This document shows positions 41,741 through 55,899 of a DNA stretch of 64,000 nt, piece after piece; the stretch's first letter is position 1; every line of letters starts with the position of its first letter. The stretch comes from Lama guanicoe (Eukaryota), in assembly GCA_013239625.1 (NCBI GenBank), contig MU054187.1:1611964-1675963 (forward strand). The letters run 5' to 3'. A program made the position numbers and the translations under genes. The notes below the pieces were generated by a model, which saw only the letters and a program-made list of their open reading frames with translations, did no database searches and was not told the origin of the DNA.

Positions 41741-42176
41741 TATTAGTTTTTTATCACCGCCATAACAAATTACCAAATGAAACTGCTTAAAACCACTCGG
41801 GTTTATCACATTATAGTCCTGGAGATCAGAGTCTAACACAGGTCTCCCTGGGCTATGACCACGGTGTTGGCAGGGCTGCGTCCCTTTTTGGAGGCGCTAC
41901 GGGCAGGAGGCGGGGGGTCGCTTGCGCTTTCCAGAGTCTAGTGGCGTCTGCTTTCTTTGGCTTACGGCGCTCCCCCCAACCTTCAGAGCCGGCCATGTCA
42001 AGCCGAGCCCCTCTCACTCTGCCTCCCTCTTCCTCTTCTAAGGAACCCTGAGATTACATTAGGCCCGTCAGCTAAGTAGCAACCTTAACTCCCCTTGGCC
42101 ATACAGGGAAACACACTGACAGGGTCCAGGAATTACAGCATGACCATCTTGGGGAAAGGGGTGTCACCTGCCTACT
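41741..42176 (-). mobile_element. MaLR solo LTR, MLT1C/D-like
   Basis: tattagtt...ccataacaaattacca...ctggagatcagagtc...ggtgttggcagggctgcgtccc...gattacattaggccc. Confidence 0.75.
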
Positions 42177-43821
42177 GCGCCACCCAAACTCTACAGCAGA
42201 ATGTTGCTCCACGGAGAATCAAACAAACCCTACTTAAATCTGTACATGTGAGGACTGAATCCATTCCCTGCTCTCCTCCTTCTCACCCAAGATACAGGAA
42301 GTGAAATGGGAGATCACAAGGATAATCAGTGGCAAGAGAGCTCATATTCCTCGACAGCACTTGGAACTCATTTTCTTCAACACGATGCACAGTCACGTGA
42401 AGGCAGCCCCAAGTCCTCTGAACAGCAATAACTATACCACAGGCTAAGTGTTCAAGGACTCTAAAGAAAACCCTGAAACTCAATTTGAAGTACTAACTAA
42501 ACACTGCAACAAATAAAAACATTAACTTTTTGGTTTAAGTATTACTAAGCCATGTAGTCATTTTTTCTTATAAAAGAAAATGTATGCCCACTACTAGCCC
42601 TCAAAAAGTATCACAAAAAAACTTCAGCATTCCTAATATATTACACCCCTGGGAGGAACTGTACCTAAGCTTAAAACTGCTTAGGGCTCAAATCTGCTCA
42701 ATTCCTGACCTTACCTTTAGGACAGTGGGAAGTCACTGCGCAGAATCATTCTGAGCACTGGCAAGGATGCAGTTCAGCCCAAGCTAAGACCCTCCCCGTG
42801 GGAGCTGACACTCCCACCAGCGTATCTGTAGCAGATTCAGAACTGGCCAGACCTTAATGCAGTGCCATTCCCCGCGGGCCTCAAGAGGGAGCACCTTCCT
42901 CAAAACAGACTGCCCTGCGGCTGATGCTTTCTGCGCATCACTACAGATGAACGGGAAGAGACACAAGCCAGGAGAACACCCAGACAGTCTGGAGCAGGAC
43001 TTGATTTTAATAATGCTCTACACAACACAACCACTAATACAGATATAAAAGGAAGCAAGCAGACACTGAACCTTATAAATAAGCTGTGGGCTAAGAGTGA
43101 GGGAAAGGCCCAGAATCCAGCATATTTATGAAGGTCTGAACTCCAGGCCTTTACCTTACCAATAGCCAGCAACTTTACTATCAACTATACCTCAATTCTA
43201 AGAATCAAATGAAATAACATAACATTCAAATTTAATTTAAAAATTCTATTAACATCATTGAGAGTAAAAAGAATTAATGTTGCAGATAAATGAAAGACAG
43301 CTCTTTAAACTTCAAAGATTAAAACAAATTAACTAAATTCTTCCTACAGTGTAACAGTTCCAGAGTCCTAGAGAATATCCAGTATAATTCAACATTCCTT
43401 GATGGTTTCCAAATCATCGTGAAAGTATTAGTGATCAGGGCATGCAGGAACACCTCTGGGTCCATGTGTGCAGCACAAACACTCCACAGTTCAGAATTCC
43501 ATCCTTCCCTCTCAAGGCAGTCATTTCTCATTTCTTACTTTTGACCAGATGATTAAAACCTGCTGTTTTCCACACAACTCTGTGGAGTCAAACGTGGATC
43601 CACAGCCTGTCTGTCCCTGACGGCTTCCTGGCTACATCCAGGCCTTCCTCCTCCTCTTCACCTCGGATCGGCACACACGGTACCAACAGTGAGACTGTGC
43701 CCGAGCCCGGCCTCCAGCGTGAATGGGCACAGCTGCTGCGTCAGGTCCCTCGCTCTGCCAAGCAACGGCCAAGCTTGTGATCTTGGAAAAGCAGTGTGAC
43801 TCGTGAAATATCATTACTTTT

Positions 43822-43990
43822 CCTATTAGTGTTGAGCACTTACTGCATAGGAAGCTCTGCCACTTTTATGTATATTAACTCATTTAATCTTAACAAAACT
43901 GTGTGACAGTATTATTTCTGAGGAAAGGGGTTAACTTGCTTAGGAGACAGAACTGGCTTTGAGTTCTAGGTCCACCTGACACCAAGCCCT
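43822..43990 (-). mobile_element. MIR SINE fragment
   Basis: gagcacttactg...tatattaactcatttaatcttaacaaaactgtgtg. Confidence 0.6.
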
Positions 43991-46742
43991 TTGTCCTTAA
44001 AGACTACAGATCATTTCACACAAAAGAAAGCAAATTCAAAAAGAGGAAATAACTCTGAGTTCATGTGTTTATAAGACAGACCTATGATACTCATCAGACA
44101 GGACACTCTCTGACAAGACTATTATAAAGACTAAATAAATGGAAAGTTACAAGAAAGTGTGAAAATGTTAAACCACCAACATAGTAGCATCTCGTACTGC
44201 ACAGTTCCAGGAAGACCACACAAAGACAGTGTGCGACTTCCGGGGGCGGCACGGGGAAGGGCAATCACACTGAGCCCGGTGCGAACGGTGCCCCCGGAGC
44301 TGTGAGCCGCGGACGTGCACATACACGTGCGTACACAGCGTGCACCCACAGATATATAAACTGTACTAGCGAGGTACAATAAAACCAGGGATCACTAAAA
44401 TAAAAAGTTGACAACTGAACAAGTCCTTAACAAGAAAATGAAAGCTTACATATAGCTTAGATAAAGCTTTTTTGCCATAAACAATAAGGCAGCTTAACTA
44501 TTTTAAGACCATGGTGCTTCCCCTCCCTTTGCTTTAGAACCAAACCAATTTCATGAACAGTTACAGTACAGATATTCACGTAAATCAACTGTAGAAAAGT
44601 CTAAATCTTTCTTTTTCCATTTCTAATTTCTCCGGTTCATAAAATAATACAGGTTCAAATCACTATTTGCAGGAAAAAAAGTCAAGTGCATTAAACCATT
44701 AAAATGGCTAAGAAATATCTGAAGTAATTCTTTCAGAATGGGATTTACAATACCTGGGAAATCACTACCCATCACTGCCAGGCTTTTTCTTAAAACTAAA
44801 ATTGTAGTGACTACCTTCATGTGTTCCAAAGTTTGTTCTTATATTTGAGTCTTGAGATGACCAAGAATTTAAAAATCCACTCTAGTCATCCAGAGACTAC
44901 CATGCAAACATGAGCCCAAGAGTACCAGGACTCATAGAAGTCACAGGGATAAAATATGCCATCCTTCTAAATACTGTAAAACAAAGGCTCACTTTTTGTT
45001 AGTAAGCTTTGGCATTTCTAAATACTTCTTCCTAATAAATTTAAGATCCAGCATCTTGAAGATGGACTACAAAAAACAGAATGCTATGTAATCAGAACAA
45101 AAGCTCTGAACTATTAATCCAGGAGCAGCAACAGAGGTGGACACTAATCCAGCCACCGACACCTGCGTGGTTCCCATCACCGACAGCTAACCACTCAGCG
45201 CTGGGTGGTAGTGTGGGCAAACCACCTGACAAGCTACGTCTGGGCCCTGCTGCAGCCTCGGTTACCTGGCAGAGCTTCCAGGTCAGAGAAGATTCAAACA
45301 CTTGCGCTTCCCACGCTTAAATGGCAGCTGGATTTATAAAGCTGGGCTTTCGTCTAGTTGGTGTCCTCATTAACACACGTAACTCTCAGAATTAACTAGA
45401 GGAATGTCACCCCAGGTGATTACAGTCCCGAGAATCTGTTTCTTTTTGACCCACGTTCTCTAGTCTTTCTACAGTGACCTCTTACTGCTATTACATGTGG
45501 CAGGGTCTGGGGACGAGCAAAAACAATGACCTTTTTACTTGTTATTTCTACATGGCCAGTAAAGTTTGTGTAAGTGACCAAAACAGAATCACAGGTGTTC
45601 AGGAATGAGTCAGTGCAAATGAACCACTGTTACGAAAACCTGAACCAATGGACCTAGGCAGCATAAAAAGAAACGGCATATCAAACACCTAAAACCTAAT
45701 TTTTTGATGCCTGTCAGAAAAACATTCAAGTCCCATATTTAGGACAGAATGACTGAAAATAACAAAGAAAAAACAATTCATCACTATTCAGAAAACAGTG
45801 TCTACTACGGTATTAGAAAAAAAAAAAAAAGGCACAGCTTGAGAAACGCTGAATGACTTGTCCGGAGTAACATGCGGGCCAGTTAGAGCCTCGTCAGCCA
45901 CCACATGTCACACAGTGACGCACAGCGGTTACGGCGCCACTGGGCCAAGGGGCAAAGAGCACACACCACGCACCCTGGACCCCATCGTCGCCTTACTTAC
46001 TTGTCAGTCCAGACAATCTGACTTTTGGTATTCTTACTCTTTGCTATTCAGTAGGACTCTGACTGACATTTTTAAGATGCATGAATGTTATTTTTGTTTA
46101 CACATGAAGTCTGAAAGGATTCACACCACACCGTTAAAAAAAATTACCACCACCCAAGCAGCCCACGAGGTACAGGTGTGGATGGGAGAGGTCCGCTGAA
46201 GGAGGAATTTGCTTACCTTATTTCGGTACTTTAAATCTTATCTCTGAACATACAATAACTCTACAATAAAAAATTTAACGACCTCATAAAACACACTGTA
46301 TTGTCGGCCATGACGCTGCCTTCTAGATGATATACAGGGATCTCAGTTCACTCCCTGAACAGAATCCCTGTGACAAATATACTATTGCAGGCCATGCTCC
46401 CAGAGATGAGTTTCCAGAAAGCACCACTTCCAAGCACAGAAATTCTTAACACGCGCAGAGCTGGCCCTTGCCCAGAGCAGACCATCAGTCATGGGAGCTG
46501 CTACCAGTCGTCACTGCCACCCCTACTGTGGACCATGGACTCCGGCGAGCATCTTCACGTGGGCCCAGCTTTCCCTCCACGCACTTACCATCAATCACCT
46601 GGCCTTTAGCAAAGGAATCCCTTTCACTCCCCACCAAGAAACATCCACCTCCGCTTTCAAACTTCATTTTTCCCTAGACAGAAAGATCTGCTACTTTTTA
46701 TTTCTCTTCCTTCAAACTGCTGCCTCAACAGGAGTAAAAGTA

Positions 46743-47160
46743 AACAGCTGGAAAGAATCTAAATGCCCTTCAGTAGGGAATATGGTTAAGTAAATTGTAA
46801 TATATACAGTCTATATATGTAGCAATATGTAACAGATACTTTGAAGCTGCAAAAAAGCATTTTTAAAGAATGAAGAAATTCTTTATATAGAATACTAGAG
46901 ATACACTGAATGAAAAATGCAAGTGAAATTGTTTGCAATGTACCTCATCTTTAAGTAGTTGGAAAGAAAAATAGTATTTATTCAAATTTACTTGTATACA
47001 AATGTTTCTCTCATATCATTTCAGAGATGAGTGGCTACCTCCCAGGAGGAAAAGTGGGAGGCTGAAGAGGAGACATTTTCAGTCTATAAACATTTTATAC
47101 CACTTCAACTTTGAATGATGATTATATTACCTCTTTTCAAAAACAATTAATATTTTAAAT
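46743..47160 (+). mobile_element. Old L1 (L1MC/L1ME-like) 3' fragment
   Basis: tggaaagaatctaaatgcccttcagtagggaatatggttaagtaaattg followed by an L1M-type 3'UTR tail. Confidence 0.6.
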
Positions 47161-48469
47161 TTGCTTAAAAATTTTATCCTCAGAGAAATATCTGTGACTA
47201 TTTTCATATTTTATGAAGTTGAGAGCAGCTAGACTAACAAATTTATTAGTCTGAGAATCAATCTCACCCCATCATAATCATGCACTTAACATTCCAAAAA
47301 GATACCCACGTCTCCCTGTCACCAAGGTGTCTTGCATTCTCAACTCCTAACAGAAAGTGTTTTATTTTTATTTCATAAAGCAAAAACTAATTACTTACTA
47401 AGTAGTTAAACTGTAACACAATATAAGATGCAAAGGTAGATACAAGAGAAATATAAAATGTTACCCTCTGCACAGTAACTATTAACCTTGATGGATTCAA
47501 AACAGTTTGAGATTTCACATGAGCACTTCAGGAAGCAGAGTTCCGTACAATCCATGTGAGGGTATCTCAGCTGACCAAAAAGTTGAAGCTTCTGGGTATC
47601 ACCAAAAGGAACAAACAGCTCTGCAGCACAGGCAGAGCACTACTCTTTCATATCCAAATAAGCACAGAGAAAGCTGTGACGCTGAAAAGCTTATAATAAT
47701 AATATTGCAGTTCATTTAAAAATGTGTAATTCAACAGCATGAAAAAACTTCAAATGTCAAACCACTGACTTTGAGAATTTATAGTCATATACTATTTATC
47801 TATATAACTGTCAATAACTCAGACATGTGCATATAGAAAAACAAAACTGAGCTTTTAAAAATAAACAACTTATCTTAATTACCTAGCAATCAATCTGAAA
47901 ATTGAACTCATTTGATAGCCTACAACAAGAAAATTTGGTTGTGTTACACACACACACAATTAAAAACTCCAACCATTTCATGTCATCTACCAACTAAAAT
48001 CAAATACTACTTAAATGCCATTAATGGGGCAGGTGACCAGAGATCATTTTCACATTCATTCACACGCATTTCCTGATCATCCGTTGGGAGACGCAAGGGA
48101 TAAGAAGACATGGTTTCTGCTTTCAAGCATTTTATGATCCAATTACAGCTGTCAGAGTACTCAAAAACAAACTCAGCATAGGAAGTTCTCATGTGGGGAT
48201 TAAACAACTGTGCAAATGCGTGGAGACCTCACTACCAGACAGGGAGGGGCCCCACGAGATGCAGTGCATCCTTCTATGTGGAAGACTTCCAAAGGGAGAA
48301 AATTCGAAACAGAAATGCATCAGAAACCAAAAGTTTGAATAAAACAAGAAACAAATTTGAGAAGGAGCACAAGGGCCAGAGAACACAGTTTTGAAAGGCA
48401 ACAATGAGGAGCAAGGATCTTATTCCAGAGTTGGTCAGGAGCCACTCAGTGGAGGCACAGAGGTTGAGA

Positions 48470-48640
48470 TCACAGACTGGGAAGACACGCCTGGGATGCA
48501 AACTCCAGTTCTGCCTACTAGCAACTCCTTCAGGCTCATGAAGACTCAATTTCTCCATCTGTGAGGTAGGATGGAAGTACCTATGACATAAAACTATTGT
48601 GAGGACCAAATGAGACAAAGCATGCAGCACGGTGGCTGAC
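48470..48640 (+). mobile_element. MIR SINE fragment, possibly within L2-like DNA
   Basis: ctcaatttctccatctgtgagg...attgtgaggaccaaatgaga. Confidence 0.55.
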
Positions 48641-50744
48641 ACAAGAAAGTACGTTTTGGGGTTTCTTGTTTTGTTTACTTCTGCAGGCAGAGGGGAAAAA
48701 ACATGATCAGGGCTGCATTTAGCACAATTAATTTGACAGCAGTAGGCATGATGGATGGCAAAACCTAGGGATTAGACTGTCGCCTGTTAATGGCAGTTGA
48801 AGCAAAGGGATTAAAAGTACTTCACTGCTGGGAAAATGGAAAAGAGGCAGGAGAATCAGGAACCACATGCGATAAAATGACAAATTATTCCTGAAAAAAG
48901 AGAGAATAAAGAGCTTTGATTTTGAGCCTAGATGACTAAGAAAATGTTAGGGCCTTAATATAAACAAGTAAATGAGGGAAAGAGAATTCAGTTTGCAAAG
49001 AAAACAATTCTGAATCCATTTGATTCAAGACAACAAAATGACAGCCACTTAAAGAGTCTGTCAAGGAAAACAACAAAAGACAAGCTTGCAGGAAAGATAC
49101 AGAAGCAGGTGATGCAGAAGCAGGGCCTCAGAAGAGGGACTGAGCTGTGGGAACCCTGGGTCTGTCGACCCACCGGGAAGAAACCCAGCTCCAAAATGGA
49201 GATGAGAACATAAACGAAGGCCAAAGGGACAAGGAGTCTGACGTGCTGGCCGGGGAAGAACCCAGAAGACAAGGGGCCACAGCTGGTTACACTTGAGATT
49301 AGAAACTGAACTGACGTGACACTGTGGTTATCGCCAGTTTTTAAGCGCCTGAATGTTACTGGAAAGTGTTAATTATTCCAACTCAACCCCCAGCAGGACA
49401 TAGCTAACATAGGATAATAATTATAATTAATTTGTTTCAGTATCTCAAAGTTCAAAGAACTATAACTTCTAAGTTCTCATCTCCCTTGACAGCCATCCAC
49501 ACACCTGACTCTGAGGAACCCCCACCTTTCCCTCTGTCCACTCTGATCACTACCTCTCAGGTTTTCTCCCCTCTATTTTGGCTTTTCTTTCATCTTAACT
49601 AGCTTCTCCCTAGAAACAGAATTATCAGGGAACACGTCTTTTAGGCAATTCCCCAACAGCTGCCTTACACTCAGTTTTAAAATCCCAACTAGATTTTATA
49701 CTCCAGACAGTACCACCTGATGCTTCTTCTGTTATCATTCATAGAACCTAAATAGTTTATTGATTTCTGGCTACCCATGAATGTATGTCCCCCAACAGGA
49801 TTTTCGGGCTAAACTGGAAAGTAAACTTTGTATTTCTTCCAATCAGCCCTAAAATCTCTCATTAATTTTTGAGAATACACACACAGAGCACTGGATCCCC
49901 CATTCTCCAACAGCTAGAAGTCATATTATAAAGACATCTTTCTGGTGCTGAATTGTTTTCTGTGTCCCACAACTATGAAACCCACTCACACACAGCGTAA
50001 GTTGTTCAAGAAATAAGTGATGGCAATTATGTCATCCAAATGTGAATCTAATTACCATCCTTAACAACTGCCAGGAAAAAAAGCTCAAATATTTCCCTAT
50101 ACATAGGCTTCTTCTCAAGTACATATTACAACTGATCATACTTTAACTTCAGTATTTACCATATTTCTTTAAACCACACAGCTGTCACATCTGCTGAAAA
50201 ACCAAAACAGATTAATACACCATAATATTAAGACATATACTATACTGTCTACCATTATGCATTTTTAGGAGACCATAAAACACCAAAATAAACAAGGAAA
50301 CTTTAATCTTTTCAGGGCACTCTTTGTTTTCATCATCCTGGTTCACAGATAGTATAAATGGGTTCATAAAAATAACACTAAATGAAATGAGATTATCCAT
50401 TCAAGTCTGCAAGGAACAGAACATCTGTAAGAGCTAAAACTACTGTGGTGTCCAAATTTACCATGGCATCAAGTGGAGTGACTAGAGATGGAAGTAACGC
50501 AATCCTCCATCTTCCTGGTTAATGGCATCACCTCAAGGAATTTAGTATTTTAATAATACATCATCAGAAACCTCATTTAGAGTTTCACACTACTTGTCCT
50601 TTAGATGATTTTTCAACGCACACACTTATGTTCATATCTCTACTTTGTAAGGAACACTTCCAAGCCAAAAAGGAGAAAGCAAGCCCAAGATCAGTAATTT
50701 TGCAGAGTAACTGTCATTAAAGGGAGGCAGCATGGCAAAACAAA

Positions 50745-50900
50745 ACACAGGTTCTTGGATTAAGCATGCCTGAGTCTAACGCAGTTACCAGCAGGAAAAA
50801 GGCACTAAATGGACCTTGAGCAATTGACTTAATCTCTCAGAGCTTCTGTTCAAAAATCCGTAGAATGGGGAGAATGCCACCTATGCTGTGAGAAACACAT
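50745..50900 (+). mobile_element. MIR SINE fragment
   Basis: gaccttgagcaattgacttaatctctcagagcttctgttc...gtagaatgggg. Confidence 0.5.
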
Positions 50901-52478
50901 AAGAAAGAGCATTATCGACAACAATAACTAAAATACCATGGATGTTTCTGATTCCTTCTGAACCCATTTACCCAAATAATAAAATGCTACACAACTGAGC
51001 CTAAGATTTCAGGCTGCACATGTTTAGAACCAGACAGTTCTTTGTGATTACCCTACTCAGTTCTGCATCATCCCTGGAAGCCAGCACCACGATGAACACA
51101 CAGCACATTTTTAATAAATACAAGTCAGTGATTAAATCAACCGAGCCTCCAGTTCTTCCGCAGGCACAAACATAAAATGTAACTGAGATTTCCTCGCTTT
51201 CTGTCTTAGTAGTAGTAAGCAGTTAGTATCACTTCCCACTTAATGGCTTACTCCCTGTTGTTTACCATCAAGACCATTTTTACCTGTCTTAAATACAAGC
51301 TTGTTGGCTGCTGGCCTTCTACCTTACCTCTTTTCCACACGGGTAGTTCATGTGTGAGGGACTGAATTTGTTTTCAACTGACCATAGGGAATTTAAGTTT
51401 ACTCTGAAAAATGCACGTAAAAAACAAAACATAAACTATTTTCGTAATCTGCTTTATGAAGTCACCGGACTCCTGTAAGCTACCATTAAGCTCTGTGTAA
51501 ACACATTACTCAACTTCGTAATATGTAAGTATCCCCAACTGGCCCTAAATGTTCTGAAAGTTTTACCACATTGTGTTTCAAAATATTAGTTTGTAGACCT
51601 TGCTAAAAGCTATTCAAAAGCTAAAAGAATGTAGAAACGTTGACAGTATGCAGCAATAAAATATATAGCTGTGTAGTTTTTAAAAAGAAAGATGTGGTAA
51701 AATGGAGACATATCTGCTGAGTATTGTCAGTCAGTAAAAATCGTATGCTATATATGATCCCAACTTCGTTTTTATAATATACTTATTACATGCACAGAAA
51801 AAAATCCTTAATAGCTAGATACCACACTTGAAGACTGATTACTCTGGGAACTAAGGTGGGGGTAAATGAGGAGGGGAGCAGACTTCTTCATTGTTAGGCT
51901 GCTTAATTTTTTCTTAAAAAGCATGTAACACTTGTTATCATAATTTTTAAAACTGGAAGAAAAACTATTGGTAAAACCATACTTTCTCCTCCGTATCCAA
52001 ATGTTTCGAATATGCAATTTTAAAGATATAGTTAGAAAAAAAAAGATATAGTTAGGATCTCTCAATTTTAAAAAGAGGGCAAACAAAAACACAGTACTGG
52101 AAGCGGGGCTCAAAAAGAAAAAGAAAAAGACAAAAGTCCGATTTGCAAAATTACTCCCCATGTGGTTCTACTCCTGAATCCTCTCTACGCCGGCGTCTGA
52201 AATCCCCCAAGGACGGGCCGCGCACTTAAACGGCAGAAAACGCTCCAACAAAAAAACCGAAAGTAAGAAAACGCGAGCGCGGCCCCAGCCCCCAAAACCA
52301 CTCCCCGCCCGGCGCCCGAGGCGTCCCGAGCCGACGTGGGCCGGTCCTCCGCCTCCGGTTCAAAACAACAACAAAGTCACGGGGTGGCGGGGAAGGCCCG
52401 CCTCGGCGGTTCCCCCGCCCGGGTCAGAGCCAGGAGGGCAGGGCCCGACGCGGCCCCTCGGCCCCCTCAGCCGCCCGG

Positions 52479-52635
52479 NNNNNNNNNNNNNNNNNNNNNN
52501 NNNNNNNNNNNNNNNNNNNNNNNNNNNNNNNNNNNNNNNNNNNNNNNNNNNNNNNNNNNNNNNNNNNNNNNNNNNNNNNNNNNNNNNNNNNNNNNNNNNN
52601 NNNNNNNNNNNNNNNNNNNNNNNNNNNNNNNNNNN
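52479..52635. other. Assembly gap (157 N) in the GC-rich start of intron 1
   Basis: Run of n in the sequence. Confidence 0.99.
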
Positions 52636-52724
52636 CCCAGCCCCGACTCCCCGGCCCGCTTCGACCCCGGACCCCGACCCCCGGGCCCCCGGGCCCCCGG
52701 CCCCCAGCCCGCCGGCGGCGGTAC

Positions 52725-52880
52725 CGGCGGCGAGGCGGGCGGTCAGCCCGCCGCGGCAGGCACAGGTGAGGCGCTGGGACTCGGAAGGCTTCGCGGCAGC
52801 CGGCGCCGCCGCCGCCGCCGCCACAACAACACGTCCGCCGCTTCCTCCTCGGCCGCCGCCGCCGCCGCCGCCGCCGGGGG
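52725..52880 (-). other. PCMTD1: Probable non-coding exon 1 of PCMTD1 (TSS approximate)
   Basis: Lies in the CpG island in the gene's orientation, with a GGC-repeat leader and candidate donor GCCG|gtaccg after 52725. The 5' boundary cannot be fixed from sequence. Confidence 0.6.
52805..52875 (-). repeat. (GGC)8 and (GGC)6 trinucleotide tracts in the exon 1/TSS region
   Basis: (gcc)6 at 52805-52822 and (gcc)8 at 52852-52875 on the plus strand. Confidence 0.95.
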
Positions 52881-55394
52881 AGGGCCGGGGGCGGGACGCA
52901 GGCTGGGGAAGCCCGACCGCCGCGGCCACGGAGCCGCCGGGGACCGGGCATGCGCGGACGGCGGCGGGCGCGCGGGCGCGGGCGAGGACGCCGGAGTCAA
53001 CAAGGCCCGGGGACGCCCTATCCGGCTCCGCCCCTCGGGGTCGCCCCGCCCCCAGGCCCAAACAACGCGAGGCCGGCAGAGGTCCCGCGAGAGCAGGCCC
53101 CGTGTCGCCGCCGCGGTCGCGCGTGGGGCGGCTTCGCGCCGGGCTGGTCCTCGCAGATTCGTCCCGCGGCCGGGGCCCGTTCCCGCGCTTGAGCCGCCGC
53201 CGCGCTTCCCCGGCGCTCGGGGCTGGGCTCGGCGTGCGGGCGCCTGTCCGTCCGTCCGCCCGCCTCCCTCAGCTCCCGTCCCCGCCGGGCCGGGAGGGTC
53301 CGCCCGGTTCCGCCCGCCCGAGTCGTTCGGGCTTGGTGTCCAGACGCGCTGGCAGCGTCGTGGGCCCGGAAGGCAGGCAGTGAGGCTTGCCTGGGCGCAG
53401 CGGGGTCCGCGCACTCACCGTTGAGGGGAAGGGCCTGCGCGCGAGGCCGGCGCCCACCTCTCCCGGGGGCCCGCCGGCCGCAGCGGAACGGCTGCTCGGC
53501 GCCCTGCCGTTCCCCCTCGACAGCTTTATTTACGCTTAAAATGGGAATGCGCGCCGGGCGGGCGTTGAGCTCCCAGCCGCGGAGTCTGGATCGGAGCCTG
53601 GTCGCCGGGCCCTTGGCCGCCGGCCCGGCCCGAGGGCGCTGCACACTGATGGGATCGCCTTCTGCCGTCCCGGGCAGAGACGCCAGCACACGGGCATCGC
53701 GTGCCATGAGCAGCATCAGTAAAAGGGTCAAGTAAGGAAAACAGCTCAGGTCACGAAACAGCTGCTGCCGCCCCTTCCCTGCGGCGCCCCCCCCCCCCGA
53801 TTTTGTTAGTGTTTTCTTTATACTTCCTCCATTCTGCTATAGGAATTCTTCAGAGTTCTAGATCTTTTTTCCTTTCCGTAACAGCCGTAAAGCTGACGAC
53901 CGGTCCTGTTTAATAAGACTCCTAGGAAGTGCTTGGTCAATAAACAGGACCAAGTGCTATCCTTGTGTGTAAGTGGTCCTACGGCAAACCGGCCACAGCT
54001 CAGTATCTTCCCAGGGCTCTCCACCTCCAGACCGTTTCTGGTTATTCCTTCACTTAGCACTTTTCTGAATAGTCTACTTCTGGTGAGTGTGTGCTTGCCG
54101 ACTGACAGGTAACCCGCAAAGTCTGGGCACAGGCCCCTCGTGTTCCCTGCTGCTCTCCAGTACCCAGGACGGTGTCTGCTGCAGGATGGGTACTCTGCAT
54201 TTGGTGAATGGCTAATTTCAAATTATTCCATCATCAAGAATTATTTAGAAATTTACTTAGACTTTGATTGATTAAAAAGCCCACAAGACAAGTTATTCCT
54301 AGAGTCCTTGGTCAGTTGACTAGCAAGTCTGGTCCAGGCAACAGCAAAGTCACACTGTAATAGCTTAAGTCTTCACACCAGGCTGCTTCAATTTTGATAT
54401 TAAGCAGAAAATAGGCAAACTGAATACCTGTGAATATAGAATTGTAGGCAGGTGCCTTGTAATACCAAAAATGCTCTGTTATTTGTATGTATAAGGCCTT
54501 CAACAAATGCTTATTAAACTAAATCAAACTCAGAATACAAATTACTGTTACCGTCCTGGAAGTTCATGTTTCCCAAAGTCATGGCCAGAGTTGTTGCATG
54601 TCTTCTTCAGCCTTAGGATTGGAGGTCTTCGTGTGTTACCCAGGTTGGCCTTAAATCATCTAGCTATTTTGCAAACACCTCTGTTGCATAATGGGCCTTG
54701 GTATGGTTTACAGTGCCAAGTCTGGTATGAGGCCTGAAAGAATTTCCTTGTATTTTTCATTTGACTTGCAACGTCTGGGGAAAATCCAGAACTAAATCTT
54801 ACTAAATATGGACCTGTTTTGTTCTGCAGTTTTATTTCTTTGTGCTATTTTCAGTACAGTTGCAAGTCAGTCACCTCCTGCTCCCTCAAAAGAAACAGTA
54901 AAAATAAATGCTTCCTCTCAAAAAAGAGAGTTAGTTTCACTGTACTTATCTTTCTCTGTTTGAAAGTACGAGGACAACGCATCAGCATTTCCTTACTGAT
55001 TTTAAGAAACATAAATTTAGTTTGTTGGGAAGGTGGTAATATTTTCTATAGTGGGACTAGAATTTGAAAATGAAGGAGAAAGCTTAAGACCCTGTATTCC
55101 ACAGAAGTGATGTCTACTTAATTTACAAATTGAGAAAATACAAAGCAGTCTCAGAGCCGACAGAGATGAAAGGGAATCTTCTAACTTGACGACAACCTTT
55201 GTTTATAGCCATTAGCACGCTTTTTTATTACGAGGTCTCTCCTTGGTATTGCGTTCCACTGTGGTCCCTAAAGATTACTCCACATGTTGAGAAACATTAT
55301 AGTCAAAATTAAAGATTTATCTGTGACAACATAAAAGTAGCTGTTCTCTAGAAGAAAAGTGAAATAGACTTTGTTTAAATCAGTGGTTCTCAAC

Positions 55395-55830
55395 AAACAG
55401 TAAATGTTGGAGAGGATGTGGAGAAAAGGGAACCCTCCTACACTGTTGGTGGGAATGTAGTTTAATGCAGCCGTTATGGAAAGCGGTATGGAGATTCCTC
55501 AAGAAACTAAAAATAGAGTTACCATATGACCCAGCAATCCCACTCCTGGGCATCTATCCAGAGGGAACTCTAATTCAAAAAGATACATGCACCCTAGTGT
55601 TCATAGCAGCACTGTTATTAACAGCCAAGACAGGGAAACAACCTAAATGTAAATTGACAGATGACTAGATAAAGAAGTTGTGGTATACTACTTAGCCATA
55701 AAAAAGAATAAAATAACACCACTTGCTGCTACATGGATGGACGTGGAATCCAAAAAAAAAAAAAAAGACACAAACTTATTTACAAAACAGAAACAGACTC
55801 ACATAGAAAAAAAACTTAGGGTTACCAGGA
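55395..55830 (+). mobile_element. L1 fragment: ORF2 C-terminus and start of 3'UTR, with internal deletions and no terminal poly(A)
   Basis: Encodes [31 protein letters not shown], the canonical L1 ORF2p C-terminus. Confidence 0.92.
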
Positions 55831-55899
55831 TCCTATTCTTTAAGAGGATACTTCTGAAATTTCTGCTGTATTTAGTATTAAAAATGAAACTGGTTTGTA

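Larger units (their letters stand above)
52190..53800. promoter_or_regulatory. CpG-island promoter of PCMTD1
   Basis: About 1.6 kb of very GC- and CpG-dense sequence with GC boxes (ggggcggg ~52887, ccccgccc ~53044) and an NRF1-like GGGCATGCGC (~52946), flanked by AT-rich DNA. Confidence 0.9.

Noticed and set aside
52336..53735. Long overlapping ORFs (up to 362 aa) in several frames
   Set aside because: They are Arg/Pro/Gly/Ala-rich products of a stop-poor CpG island, some run through the N gap, and none has a recognisable domain.
55465..55668. 67-aa ORF with a real protein signature
   Set aside because: It is an L1 ORF2p C-terminal relic, not a host gene.
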